This document shows positions 9,881 through 18,873 of a DNA stretch of 63,278 nt, piece by piece. The notes beneath the pieces are model-generated. The model did no database searches, was not told the DNA's origin, and saw only the letters and a program-made list of their open reading frames with translations. Positions within the stretch are counted from its first letter, which is position 1. The number at the start of each line of letters is the position of its first letter. Source of the DNA: Candidatus Woesearchaeota archaeon. GTDB taxonomy: Archaea > Nanobdellota > Nanobdellia > Woesearchaeales > GW2011-AR4. The position numbers were made by a program, and so were the translations under genes. The stretch lies in assembly GCA_018303625.1 (NCBI GenBank), contig JAGVXV010000011.1, forward strand, positions 1-63,278, given 5' to 3'.

Positions 9881-10504
9881 CTATAACTGCTTTACAGCCT
9901 TATAAAGATAGAAATTTTCCTTCCCCCTTCTTGCTACTTCAATCTCCTCCAATAACTCCATTTCTTCCAAAATCCGGTAGAAGGAGCTTTTTGAGCACAG
10001 GCCCTGCTCAATAACAACCATATCCTTTAATTGCAAGGCGCCTATCTGGCCATATTTCCTTATATAGGAAACAAGCAGGCTTTTGATGTATTCCTTTGAA
10101 TTTTTAGTCAATCTTTTCACTATTTTCTCCCTTACAGCTGCTTTTTTCTGCTGTTCAAGCCTTTCAAGCCTTTGCTCAATTTCCCCAACTTCAAACAGCT
10201 TTTCCCGAGGCTTTCTTTCCCTTAAAGAGTCAATTTTTTCATCCAATGCCCTTATTTTGCTTAGAAGATGCTCATAGGAGTAATAGCTGTCTACAATGCG
10301 CTTTATGTCCTCTGGCTTTTTTGGCGCATAAGACAGCTCCAATTCGAGTTTTTTTATCAAATTTTCCTGCTCCAGGCTTTTTTGGTATAAAAAGTTCATC
10401 CATTGGAAAAGGTTTACAGTGTCTTTTTTCACATTTGCAAAGGATTTCGCCAATAAGCCGTGCAGCTGCGAAAATTTATCATTGCTTTTTTTTAGCCAGA
10501 ACAT
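9881..10504 (-). CDS. Coiled-coil plus C-terminal winged-helix protein
   Basis: Central heptads; C-terminal YIRKYGQIGALQLKDMVVIEQGLCSKSSFYRILEEM..IEVARRGKENFYLY. Confidence 0.75.
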   Translation of the reverse strand: MFWLKKSNDKFSQLHGLLAKSFANVKKDTVNLFQWMNFLYQKSLEQENLIKKLELELSYAPKKPEDIKRIVDSYYSYEHLLSKIRALDEKIDSLRERKPREKLFEVGEIEQRLERLEQQKKAAVREKIVKRLTKNSKEYIKSLLVSYIRKYGQIGALQLKDMVVIEQGLCSKSSFYRILEEMELLEEIEVARRGKENFYLYKAVKQL

Positions 10505-10543
10505 AGCAATAAAGTTTACTCTAAATTATTTAAATATTTCGTT

Positions 10544-10719
10544 TTTTGGGACTATTTTGGGACTATTTTGGGACTATTTTGGGAACATTTAAATAGTAAA
10601 ATTAAAATATAAGGGAATGAAATGGGAATGATTTGGGAATGAAATGAGACTATCTGGGAATGAGAGGATATTGTGGGAAAAATTTTGGGATTGCTTTGGG
10701 AATGAAATGAAAATGAAAT
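10544..10719. repeat. Helically phased ~11-bp direct-repeat array (GGGA core), iteron/centromere-like
   Basis: ttttgggacta x3 plus ttttgggaaca (10544-10587), an AT spacer, then gggaatgaaat-type units. GGGA starts at 10548, 10559, 10570, 10581, 10613, 10624, 10635, 10656, 10675, 10687 and 10698. Confidence 0.9.
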
Positions 10720-10957
10720 TTTTGGATTTGAAAAAAATAAAAAACTGGAAAAAACCAATGGAGAAATTGCCCACGAATTTTGATGGAAAAGTATTAATAA
10801 GGCAGGAGATTCCGCCAGATAAAGCATATATGAGGCTCAAAAGGGATCTTTTGATGTTAGCTAGTGAGCATATTTATCAGAAAGTGAGTGTTGTCTATAA
10901 GATGTTAAATATTATGTAGGTATTAATATATATTAAATAAGTAAAACATTACAAAAA

Positions 10958-11602
10958 GTGAGTGTTCAAATGCGACAAATAAGCTCAAAATCGGGGCTTG
11001 CAATAGCATTGTCAAGGCTTGAAGGCTTCGAAAGGCCTAAAGTGATAGCTGAGCAATATGCCATGGACAGCGAAATAGGGGCTTTTGTGCTGTGGAACGC
11101 TGCCCTGAAGGGAGATATGGGAAAAGTGAGTGTTGACTTAGGCTGCGGGACCGGCATTTTGGGCATTGGTGCCCTACTCATGGGCTCCAAAAAGGTATAT
11201 TTTGTAGATAATGATAAAGAAGCCTTGAAAATAGCGAAAAATAACCTTGAAAAAGCAAAAAGTGAGTTTTCAATAGCTGGCAAGGCTGTTTTCCTTTGCC
11301 TGGATATAGCAGATTTTAATGAAAAGGCAGATACTGTTATACAAAACCCGCCTTTCGGGGTAAAAGTGAGGCATGCGGACAGAATTTTCCTGGAAAAGGC
11401 AATGGAAACGGGCAATGTTGCCTATAGTTTCCACAAATCCGAAGGCAAAAAGTTTATTTTTAAGTTTGTCGACGAGAAAAACTTTACAGTCACTAATGTA
11501 TGGGATTTTAAGTTTCCGCTGAAAGCTTCATACGAATTCCATTCCCGTCGGATAAAGAGGGTTGATGTCAGCTGCTTCAGGATCCAAAGGAAAGATTTTT
11601 AA
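10958..11602 (+). CDS. METTL5-family N6-adenine RNA methyltransferase
   Basis: EQY, VDLGCGTGILGIGA (SAM binding), IQNPPFG catalytic motif. Probable start is ATG at 10970. Confidence 0.9.
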   Translation: MSVQMRQISSKSGLAIALSRLEGFERPKVIAEQYAMDSEIGAFVLWNAALKGDMGKVSVDLGCGTGILGIGALLMGSKKVYFVDNDKEALKIAKNNLEKAKSEFSIAGKAVFLCLDIADFNEKADTVIQNPPFGVKVRHADRIFLEKAMETGNVAYSFHKSEGKKFIFKFVDEKNFTVTNVWDFKFPLKASYEFHSRRIKRVDVSCFRIQRKDF

Positions 11603-11627
11603 AATAAGAGCGATTCCTTTTTCTGCA

Positions 11628-11903
11628 ATGGAAATCAAAATTCTCGAGGAGAAAAAAAACAAGATTATTTTTGAAGTGAACGGCGTGCAGGAAGGCATTC
11701 TAAATGCGCTGAAAAATGAGCTCTACAACGACAAGCATGTCAAAGTGTCTACACTTACAATAAGGCACCCTTTGGTTGGAACTCCTAAGATGATTCTTGA
11801 GACAGACGGCGCTGAGCCAAAAGACACTTTGGCAAAAGCCACGCAAAGGCTGAAGAAGATCAATGAAAAATTCAGGGACGATTTCAAAAAGGAAGTAAAG
11901 TAG
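11628..11903 (+). CDS. rpoL: DNA-directed RNA polymerase subunit L (Rpo11)
   Basis: MEIKILEE..GILNALKNEL..IRHPLVGTPKMILETDG; start at ATG 11628. Confidence 0.9.
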   Translation: MEIKILEEKKNKIIFEVNGVQEGILNALKNELYNDKHVKVSTLTIRHPLVGTPKMILETDGAEPKDTLAKATQRLKKINEKFRDDFKKEVK

Positions 11904-11997
11904 CTGTTTTCTTAAAGCCTGAAAAGGCAAAATTTCTGGGTTTCAAGCCTTATCTAAAAGAAAAATATTTATATATCTATAGTGCCTAAAATCAAAT

Positions 11998-12510
11998 ATG
12001 GCGTTCCTGAGAGTTAAAAAAATCAATAATGCGAAGTACCTTTACCTTGTCGGGAATAAATGGTATAAAAGAAAGGCAAAAGGCAAAGGGAAAGGCCCAA
12101 GGCAGAAAGTTATAAAGTATCTGGGCAAGGTTTATTCTTTTGAGAAAGCAAACAATAGTGATTTTCATTATTTTAAAAATATTAACAATATCGAAGAGTA
12201 TATAAAAAACAATGAAAAAAGCAGCATTATCAGGGATTTGGTTGAATGGGAGCTTTTCAGGCACCATATCAATAAAGATGAATTCGGCATAGACTTTGAC
12301 AATAAAAAAATACTAAAAGGCAAAAAAGATGTTAGCTTGGCTATGAATGAAGGCTTTCTTTGCAGCTACACTTTGGCAAGGCTTTTTAATTTTAAGTTTG
12401 GCATTGAGATGGAAAATGAGGGCATGGAATTTGCAAAGGCTTTTGTTGAAGCAGGCATTGAAGTCCCTAAAGAGGTTTTTGTCGGAATTTTTGGGAAGGT
12501 ATATAAATGA
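11998..12510 (+). CDS. Hypothetical protein with a basic N-terminal beta-domain
   Basis: MAFLRVKKINNAKYLYLV..GPRQKVIKYLGK resembles the N-terminus of IS1634-type transposases, but there is no DDE domain. Overlaps uppS. Confidence 0.7.
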   Translation: MAFLRVKKINNAKYLYLVGNKWYKRKAKGKGKGPRQKVIKYLGKVYSFEKANNSDFHYFKNINNIEEYIKNNEKSSIIRDLVEWELFRHHINKDEFGIDFDNKKILKGKKDVSLAMNEGFLCSYTLARLFNFKFGIEMENEGMEFAKAFVEAGIEVPKEVFVGIFGKVYK

Positions 12511-13235
12511 CATTAAATTCTCTTTCCATGATTTCTATGCCCAAAAACCCAAAGCATATAGCAATAATTCTTGATGGCAACAGGCGCTATGCCATGAGAA
12601 GCGGATTAAAGCCGTGGCAGGGCCATGCTTATGGCACAAAAAAGGTTGAAGAGCTGCTTGAATGGTGCAAAGATCTTGGAATCAAGGAACTGACCCTATA
12701 CAGCTTTTCAAGCGAAAACTTCAAGAGGGGCAAAAAGGAAGTTGATTTTCTCATGAATTTGTTCAGAAAGCAGATTAAAAGGCTGAAAGGGGATAAAAGG
12801 CTGCAGAGCTATAAATTAAAGGTTAATTTCATTGGAAGGCTAAGCCTGTTTCCAAAAGACATTCAAAAGGAAATGGAGGAAGTCATGGAAAAAACAAAGC
12901 AAAACAAAGGCTTCAAGGTAAATTTTGCAATGGGCTACGGGGGCAGGGCCGAAATTGTCGATTCAATAAAGAAGATAATTAAAAAAATCAAAAATAAAAA
13001 AATCAATGAGAGGGATATTGATGAAAAACTTATTGCCCAAAACCTTTACCTGCAGGACGAGCCAGATATTGTGATAAGGCCTGGCGGAGAAAAAAGGGTA
13101 AGCAATTTTTTGATTTGGCAGAGCTATTATTCTGAATGGTTCTTCATTGACAAATTATGGCCCGAATTCACGAAGCAGGATTTAATTGAAGTCATTGACG
13201 AGTTTAAGGAACGGGAGAGAAGGTTTGGGGGGTAA
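12507..13235 (+). CDS. uppS: cis-prenyltransferase (undecaprenyl/polyprenyl diphosphate synthase)
   Basis: PKHIAIILDGNRR, LYSFSSENFKR, GYGGRAEI, PDIVIRPGGEKRVSNFLIWQ. Confidence 0.96.
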   Translation: MTLNSLSMISMPKNPKHIAIILDGNRRYAMRSGLKPWQGHAYGTKKVEELLEWCKDLGIKELTLYSFSSENFKRGKKEVDFLMNLFRKQIKRLKGDKRLQSYKLKVNFIGRLSLFPKDIQKEMEEVMEKTKQNKGFKVNFAMGYGGRAEIVDSIKKIIKKIKNKKINERDIDEKLIAQNLYLQDEPDIVIRPGGEKRVSNFLIWQSYYSEWFFIDKLWPEFTKQDLIEVIDEFKERERRFGG

Positions 13236-13328
13236 ATTTATTATGAACAAACTCAAAAAAAGTATAAACTCCAGAAAACAAATAATTAAATACAACCTCT
13301 TTTCTTTTTTTGTTGTCTTTTAGGTGAG

Positions 13329-14753
13329 TTGATGGATTCTTATGAATTGTTTAAGGAAGATGTTAAGAGCATTGCTGAAGCTTTCAGCAGAATTGACAGG
13401 AATGAGACGATAAGGCTGATAAGCCATCTTGACGCGGACGGGATAAGCGCAGCTTCTTTGATGATAAAATGCCTCAATAATGACAACAGGAAATATTCAA
13501 TAACCATAGTGCAGCAGCTTAACAAGGAAGTCTTAACGGAAGTTGCCAAAGAGCCGTACAAAACCGTGGTTTTTACGGATATAGGAGCCGGCGTTGCCAA
13601 TTCAATAAAAGAAATCCTAAAAGGCAAAACTGTTTTTATCCTGGACCATCACGAGCCTGAGGCTGTTGACATGAAAGAAGAGAGCATCTTAATGGCGAAC
13701 CCCCACAAGTTTGGCATTGATGGCGGCCTGGAGATCTCCGGAGCGGGCGTTGTTTATCTATTTGCAAGCTGCCTTGATGAGAAGATAAAGGAATTTGCGC
13801 ATATAGCAATAATAGGGGCAATAGGGGATTTGCAGGAAAACAATGGATTTTCAAAACTGAATAACGAAATTCTGAATGAGGCAATAAGCGGGGGCAAAAT
13901 AAAGATAATCAGGGGATTAAGGCTTTTCGGAGCGCAGACAAAGCCGCTGTACCGCGTTCTGGAGTACTGCACTGATCCTTACATTCCCGGCGTAACAGGC
14001 TCTGAATCCGGATCGATACAATTTCTTTACAGCATCGGCATTAACCCAAAAAACGGCAGCAGCTGGAAAAAGATAGGGCACCTGGACAATGAAGAAATGA
14101 AAAAGCTTGTTACGGGAGTTATAATGAAAAGGCTGAATGAGGACAAGCCTGATGATGTTTTGGGAAATGTTTATCTGCTAAGAGGGGAGGAACACGAAAG
14201 CCCGACAAAGGATGCAAGAGAGTTTGCAACTTTGCTGAATGCGTGCGGCAGGCTTGGGAAAGCCTCTTTGGGCATCGGCGCCTGCCTGGGCGACAAAAAA
14301 ATAAAAGAGAAGGCAATACATAGCATGGACAGCTATAAAAAGGAGATTGTCAATGCAATAAAGTGGTTTGAGGGCAACAAGGAAAATGAATTTGTCATTA
14401 AGGGAGATGGCTTTGTAATAATAAATGCGCAGCATATGGTAATGCATACAATAATAGGGACTTTAGCCTCTATTTTGTCCAAATCAAACAGCTTTAAAGA
14501 GAATACTTTTATAATGTCCATGGCAAGGCTTGTGGACGGGAATACGAAGGTATCATTAAGGATTTCAGGCAGAAAAAAGGATTTTGATTTAAAGCAGGTA
14601 ATTGACAGTATTGTTTACGGCATTGAAAATTGCGAAGCCGGGGGTCATGCAAATGCCGCAGGAGCCCAGATTCCAAGCGAAAAGGAAGAAGAAGTCATAG
14701 AAAAGGCGAAAGAAGTTCTTGGGAAATTTGCAATGGAAGAGAAAGTTTTGTAA
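13329..14753 (+). CDS. recJ: Archaeal RecJ-like DHH/DHHA1 phosphoesterase (ssDNA exonuclease family)
   Basis: SHLDADG, FTDIG, LDHHEP, GAIGDLQ, LLNACGR, AGGHANAAGA. Confidence 0.85.
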   Translation: MMDSYELFKEDVKSIAEAFSRIDRNETIRLISHLDADGISAASLMIKCLNNDNRKYSITIVQQLNKEVLTEVAKEPYKTVVFTDIGAGVANSIKEILKGKTVFILDHHEPEAVDMKEESILMANPHKFGIDGGLEISGAGVVYLFASCLDEKIKEFAHIAIIGAIGDLQENNGFSKLNNEILNEAISGGKIKIIRGLRLFGAQTKPLYRVLEYCTDPYIPGVTGSESGSIQFLYSIGINPKNGSSWKKIGHLDNEEMKKLVTGVIMKRLNEDKPDDVLGNVYLLRGEEHESPTKDAREFATLLNACGRLGKASLGIGACLGDKKIKEKAIHSMDSYKKEIVNAIKWFEGNKENEFVIKGDGFVIINAQHMVMHTIIGTLASILSKSNSFKENTFIMSMARLVDGNTKVSLRISGRKKDFDLKQVIDSIVYGIENCEAGGHANAAGAQIPSEKEEEVIEKAKEVLGKFAMEEKVL

Positions 14754-14792
14754 CTATTTGATGTTTTAAAAATAAGGTTATAAGAATAAAAT

Positions 14793-15065
14793 TTACAGCA
14801 AAACCCTTATCCCGTCAATCTTCTCTGCTATTTCGGAGCCAGTCTTTGTCAGCGTAAGCAGCTTTAATCTTCCCTGCTTTTCAAAGTTGACAAGGCCGGC
14901 TTTTTCCATCTCCTGCAGGATTTTCACGACATGGGAATATGTGCAGTCAATATGCTTTGCCAGTGAAGAAGCATAAATCTCGTTTTTTGCATTTTTAAGC
15001 TCAACAAGCATCATTGCCGGCTTCTCACGAAAAAAAACACTGAAAATTTCCTTGTTGTTCATCAT
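14793..15065 (-). CDS. Winged-helix transcriptional regulator
   Basis: YASSLAKHIDCTYSHVVKILQEMEKAGLVNFEKQGRLKLLTLT. Confidence 0.85.
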   Translation of the reverse strand: MMNNKEIFSVFFREKPAMMLVELKNAKNEIYASSLAKHIDCTYSHVVKILQEMEKAGLVNFEKQGRLKLLTLTKTGSEIAEKIDGIRVLL

Positions 15066-15148
15066 CCGACCCCCAAAAATTTCTTTGTATTATTGGAATT
15101 AGTATTTTTCTTAATATATTTTGCAATATACAGTTATATTTAAATGTT

Positions 15149-15230
15149 TCGAAAATCAAGATTTTCGAGACCCAAAAATTTAAACAAAATTTTTGTTTGT
15201 TTCGAAAAACTAAAAGTTTTCCGAGACTCG
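15149..15230. repeat. Cluster of short REP-like palindromes
   Basis: tcgaaaatc-aa-gattttcga (15149-15168, perfect), aaacaaaa/tttgttt and tcgaaaact-aaa-agttttc. Confidence 0.65.
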
Positions 15231-15329
15231 AAAATTTTTATAAATTTTTTTGATTTCTATTTAATTAGTTTTTTCAGACGACAAAAATATTCCTAAAAGT
15301 TATTTGAGCTTGTTTTTTATCTGAGAATA

Positions 15330-16682
15330 TTATGTTATGAGCTCCTTAAACTTAAGGCTTATCTTCTGCTTCATCTCCCGTTCCTTATCACTATATTGCT
15401 TTTGCAGGGAATCAGCTTTTTCCTTATACTCTTTCCTCAAATTTTCTTCAAGCAATTCCATTTTATGCCTGTAGGCTGCGCTTATCTCGACTTTCAGCTT
15501 TTTCCTTACCTTTTCTATTTCGATTTTCACTTTTTTCGCCAGCAGTTTGGCTAAGCGCTCCCTCAACTTCAGCCTTTCATACCTTAATTTTTCCGCCACG
15601 CCAATGCTTATCCTTTTGTTTAATTCCTCTTCCATATTTTTTCTGAGCGAACTTTCCTTTACCTTGAATTTACTGAGGTAATAAGCCTCAAGCCTTTTGC
15701 CCCTGGCTTCCAGAATCTGCCTTTGCTGGTTGACTACCTTTAATTCCTTTTCAAGCGTCGCTTTCAATGTTTTTTCCTTTTCCTTCAGCTTATCCATGAA
15801 ATTAGTTTCCAATTCCCTTTTTCTGGATCCAAGCCTTTCGTCCAAAAGCTTATTTAATTTTTTCTTCACTTCCGATGCCAATTTTTTCCTGACTTCTCTC
15901 TGGAATTTTTCATCAAAATCCTTTTCGAGCTTTTTTTGCAATCGCCCGAGGCTCTGCCTTAATTTCTCCCTTTCCAGATTAAGCTCATTTTTCGCCTTTT
16001 CTTCCCTAAGCCTGAATTCTTTTTCCAGCTCTTCCTCTTTTTTTCTTAATTTTCTGGAAAGCCCGAATTTAAGCAGGTGGATAAATTCGCCAAGGTTTTC
16101 ACCGACAAGATTGCTTAACTCCCTGTCAACTTCCCCTGAAGGGATTTTTTTGCCCTTTGCCTCTATAGCCTGCCTTAATTTTTCTAGTGCTGCCTCAATT
16201 TTCGGGATTTCCTCAATGCCTTTCTTTATTGAAGGGGGAATCGCAGCAACCCTGTTCGGCGCTTTTACAGAACTCAAAGCTAATTTCAGCTCTTCAAGGG
16301 ATTTCCCTATCTTAGGGATTTCATACAGGTTATGAAGCTCGGCAGATGACAATGGCTTTACTAGGACATTATGCTTCATGCCCTTATCCTGCTTCAGTTC
16401 AGGAACATTTTCCCTTATTTTAGAAATCTTTGCCCCATTTCCGTTATCGGACTTTGACTTTCCGGGATATTTGCCGTTAATTTTCTCCTTCAGGGCTTCC
16501 AGCTTCTTTTCAATCCTTGGAATGGCTGCAACATTATGGATATCAGCTTCAATTTCCTTCGCTTCTTGCTCAAAACCTTTTGTATTAAGGCTTTTCAATA
16601 TTTTGTTCAGCTCTTCTAAGCGCTCAACCCCCTTGCCAAAAATTTCGAAAGCTCTTTTTACAGAATCTATATTGTCAGCCAA
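15330..16682 (-). CDS. Long coiled-coil hypothetical protein
   Basis: 450 aa, K/E/L-rich heptads, three IP(R/K)I..LE.L repeats; TTG start after AGAGGTG. Confidence 0.8.
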   Translation of the reverse strand: MADNIDSVKRAFEIFGKGVERLEELNKILKSLNTKGFEQEAKEIEADIHNVAAIPRIEKKLEALKEKINGKYPGKSKSDNGNGAKISKIRENVPELKQDKGMKHNVLVKPLSSAELHNLYEIPKIGKSLEELKLALSSVKAPNRVAAIPPSIKKGIEEIPKIEAALEKLRQAIEAKGKKIPSGEVDRELSNLVGENLGEFIHLLKFGLSRKLRKKEEELEKEFRLREEKAKNELNLEREKLRQSLGRLQKKLEKDFDEKFQREVRKKLASEVKKKLNKLLDERLGSRKRELETNFMDKLKEKEKTLKATLEKELKVVNQQRQILEARGKRLEAYYLSKFKVKESSLRKNMEEELNKRISIGVAEKLRYERLKLRERLAKLLAKKVKIEIEKVRKKLKVEISAAYRHKMELLEENLRKEYKEKADSLQKQYSDKEREMKQKISLKFKELIT

Positions 16683-16722
16683 ACTAACACCTCTTTTTAA
16701 ACAATAAAGGAATATTTTGTTT

Positions 16723-17376
16723 TTATTCTTTTTGCTTCTGTTCTGATTCCTGTATATAAATCTTTTCCAAAACTGCAGTATCGTAGCCCATGGATTTCCA
16801 TTGATCCATCTTGCTAATCAGGGATTTATCCGCTTCTGATTTAATGCTTTTCAGCTTGATTTGAGCTTCTCCCTTTTTTAATTCTTGCTTTTTTGCCGAT
16901 TCAGGCTTTTTGCCTTGGGAGATTACCTTTAAAAAACCGCCCAATTTCCGGATTATGCTTTCCTTTTGCTTTTGAAGCTGCGCCGCTTCTGCGGGCGAAG
17001 GTTGCCTTGCTTCATCCTGGAATTCCCTGCCAATTATTGCCAGGTTGATTACCCTTTCCGCTTCATTCACCATCCATTCAAAGTCCTCTTTTGCCGCATC
17101 CCTGCTGCCGTATTTCATCTCCTCCAGCAAGCCTGAAAGCGCCAGCACCCTGTTCCTCAAATCTTTTTTTATCCTCACCCGGGCAATCTCGCTTAACAGC
17201 TCTTCATGTGTAAATTCGTAATCGAGATTCAGGAATTTAATAAGAAAAACCCTGAATGTCCAGCCCAAATCATCAACAGACTTCTCGCTGAATTTCTTTT
17301 TCTTCGTGGAGCTGAGCTTTTTCAGCACTGCTGCCCTCAAAATTTCCCGGCTATTTTGCTCTTCCAATAATGCCAT
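16723..17376 (-). CDS. Hypothetical protein
   Basis: Track ORF begins at 17451 inside the 96-bp repeat; ATG near 17376 (MALLEEQ) is more plausible. Confidence 0.65.
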   Translation of the reverse strand: MALLEEQNSREILRAAVLKKLSSTKKKKFSEKSVDDLGWTFRVFLIKFLNLDYEFTHEELLSEIARVRIKKDLRNRVLALSGLLEEMKYGSRDAAKEDFEWMVNEAERVINLAIIGREFQDEARQPSPAEAAQLQKQKESIIRKLGGFLKVISQGKKPESAKKQELKKGEAQIKLKSIKSEADKSLISKMDQWKSMGYDTAVLEKIYIQESEQKQKE

Positions 17377-17418
17377 CAAGATACTAAGAATTACACATAT
17401 ATATAAAAATATTGTATT

Positions 17419-17514
17419 ATTATAGGAAATAACTTTAATTTTCGTATACATTTATTATTTCCTAATAAGCAAATCACAACGAAAAGTTACGAATATTAGT
17501 GTGATTTGCTATAA
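17419..17514. mobile_element. 96-bp MITE-like element, copy 1
   Basis: Identical to 41914-42009. Ends tataggaaataac / gtgatttgctata (imperfect inverted repeats, 11/13); two internal hairpins. Confidence 0.75.
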
Positions 17515-17521
17515 ATAAAAA

Positions 17522-18058
17522 TCAATAAATAATCATAACAATTACCCTTCTTACTTGCGAAAACCTCACTTTTTCTGGGTCTGCTTCTGTATTGTTGTCG
17601 CCTTTCAAAATAAAGTACTTGCCATTGCTATCATAGCCCGTGCTAATAACCCTATGGACAAGTATTGCCTTTTTTTCTTTGGAGTAATAAGAAACTATGT
17701 CGCCTATTTTGATGCTGTCTTCTGTTTCCGGCGCTACGCTTATTGCATTTGCCGTTTCGTCAAGGACCGGGTCCATGGAATTTGTATCGGCAAAAGAGGC
17801 AAGCTTGGCATTTTTTACATTGATGATAACCTGGCTGTCCTCAACATTAATCTGGCGCTCTTTAATGATATCGGCAGGCGAAGCCCTCTCAACAGGCTCC
17901 TGGCCAATTACATTAACCAGAAAATATTTGCCGAAATTTTCATTTTGCACTGGCCTGAGGTAAAGCCCTGCAAAGTAATGGGTATAGATGTCATTTAAAA
18001 GCCATCCAAATACAAAAACAATGGCCAACATTATTACTGCCTTATGCTTAGCTTTCAA
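17522..18058 (-). CDS. Signal peptidase I (S26, Sec11-like)
   Basis: N-terminal TM, TNSMDP (catalytic Ser), IGDIVSY, ILVHRVI, ILKGDNN. Confidence 0.88.
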   Translation of the reverse strand: MKAKHKAVIMLAIVFVFGWLLNDIYTHYFAGLYLRPVQNENFGKYFLVNVIGQEPVERASPADIIKERQINVEDSQVIINVKNAKLASFADTNSMDPVLDETANAISVAPETEDSIKIGDIVSYYSKEKKAILVHRVISTGYDSNGKYFILKGDNNTEADPEKVRFSQVRRVIVMIIY

Positions 18059-18183
18059 TTAAGCCACCCCCAATATATTCTATATTTATTACTATAAAGT
18101 AGTAGTAATATTTAAATGTTTGCTTTTTAGAGAACATGAATGCAAGCAAAAATTATAAATACAAGGTTGTTTAAAGTCAGAAT

Positions 18184-18660
18184 ATGGGGTTTCATAAAAA
18201 GGGAATGAGTCCGCTGATAGCAACATTGCTTCTTATTTCAGTCGCAGTTTCAATCGGCACTACAATAATGAGCTTTGGCAGCGCATTTTACGAGGAAAGA
18301 AGGATGCTTACGGGCGCTGAGCTTTCCTGCAGGTATTTAGAATTGGAATTGAATGAAATCAATAAAATCCCCCAGTTTTGCTTCGATAAGGCATCAGCAA
18401 ATGTTGATTTTACCGTTACAAACAAGGCAAATATTGATATTGAATCGCTGGTTGTGTGGCTTGTAGGCAACGAGGTATATGTTGTGAATGTAACCGAGCC
18501 CATTGCCGCAGGATACCCCTTAAGGAAAAAAATAGTCTATGACCCCAATGTTTATGGTGCCCTGAAGCAGGCGCAATTAATACCAAAAATAAAACAGGAG
18601 GAAGGGCAGGCGGCATGCTCCAGCAAAAAGCTGGTAATTGAGAGCATAAGAGAATGCTGA
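18184..18660 (+). CDS. Archaeal type IV pilin-like protein
   Basis: Class III signal peptide KKG|MSPLIATLLLISVAVSIG; two pairs of Cys in the globular part. Confidence 0.88.
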   Translation: MGFHKKGMSPLIATLLLISVAVSIGTTIMSFGSAFYEERRMLTGAELSCRYLELELNEINKIPQFCFDKASANVDFTVTNKANIDIESLVVWLVGNEVYVVNVTEPIAAGYPLRKKIVYDPNVYGALKQAQLIPKIKQEEGQAACSSKKLVIESIREC

Positions 18661-18777
18661 TATAAAACAAGATTACTGATTAAAAATTGCTGAATTCCTC
18701 AGTTTTTTATATTTTTATTTGACTTGTCTTTTATTGAATTTTTAATTAGTATAATGATATAATAAAAATAAAATTAA

Positions 18778-18856
18778 GGGGGAATAGATTTATATCACTC
18801 TCCTTATGTTTTATTTATGTTCCCCACCCCCTTCTGATTTTTTTACTGAAAGAGAA
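18778..18856 (-). ncRNA. Pseudoknot-family element, copy 1 (3' of the MFS gene)
   Basis: Minus strand: ttctcttt/aaggagag (stem 1) interleaved with ggggaa/ttcccc (stem 2), CATAA after the G-tract, and a U-tract following. Confidence 0.55.
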
Positions 18857-18873
18857 ATAAATTGGCGCCTGTC

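Noticed and set aside
10544-10719. Possible CRISPR array
   Set aside because: Units are 11 bp and adjacent, with no unique 30-40 nt spacers, and no cas genes are in the window.
10552-10919. Short ORFs over the GGGA array
   Set aside because: They are translations of the repeat (PxxSH/WE periodicity) with no protein-like features.
17377-17451. N-terminal MYTKIKVISYN extension, also on ORF 41365..41946
   Set aside because: Both derive from the 96-bp repeat; 41365..41946 is an antisense shadow of the antiporter.
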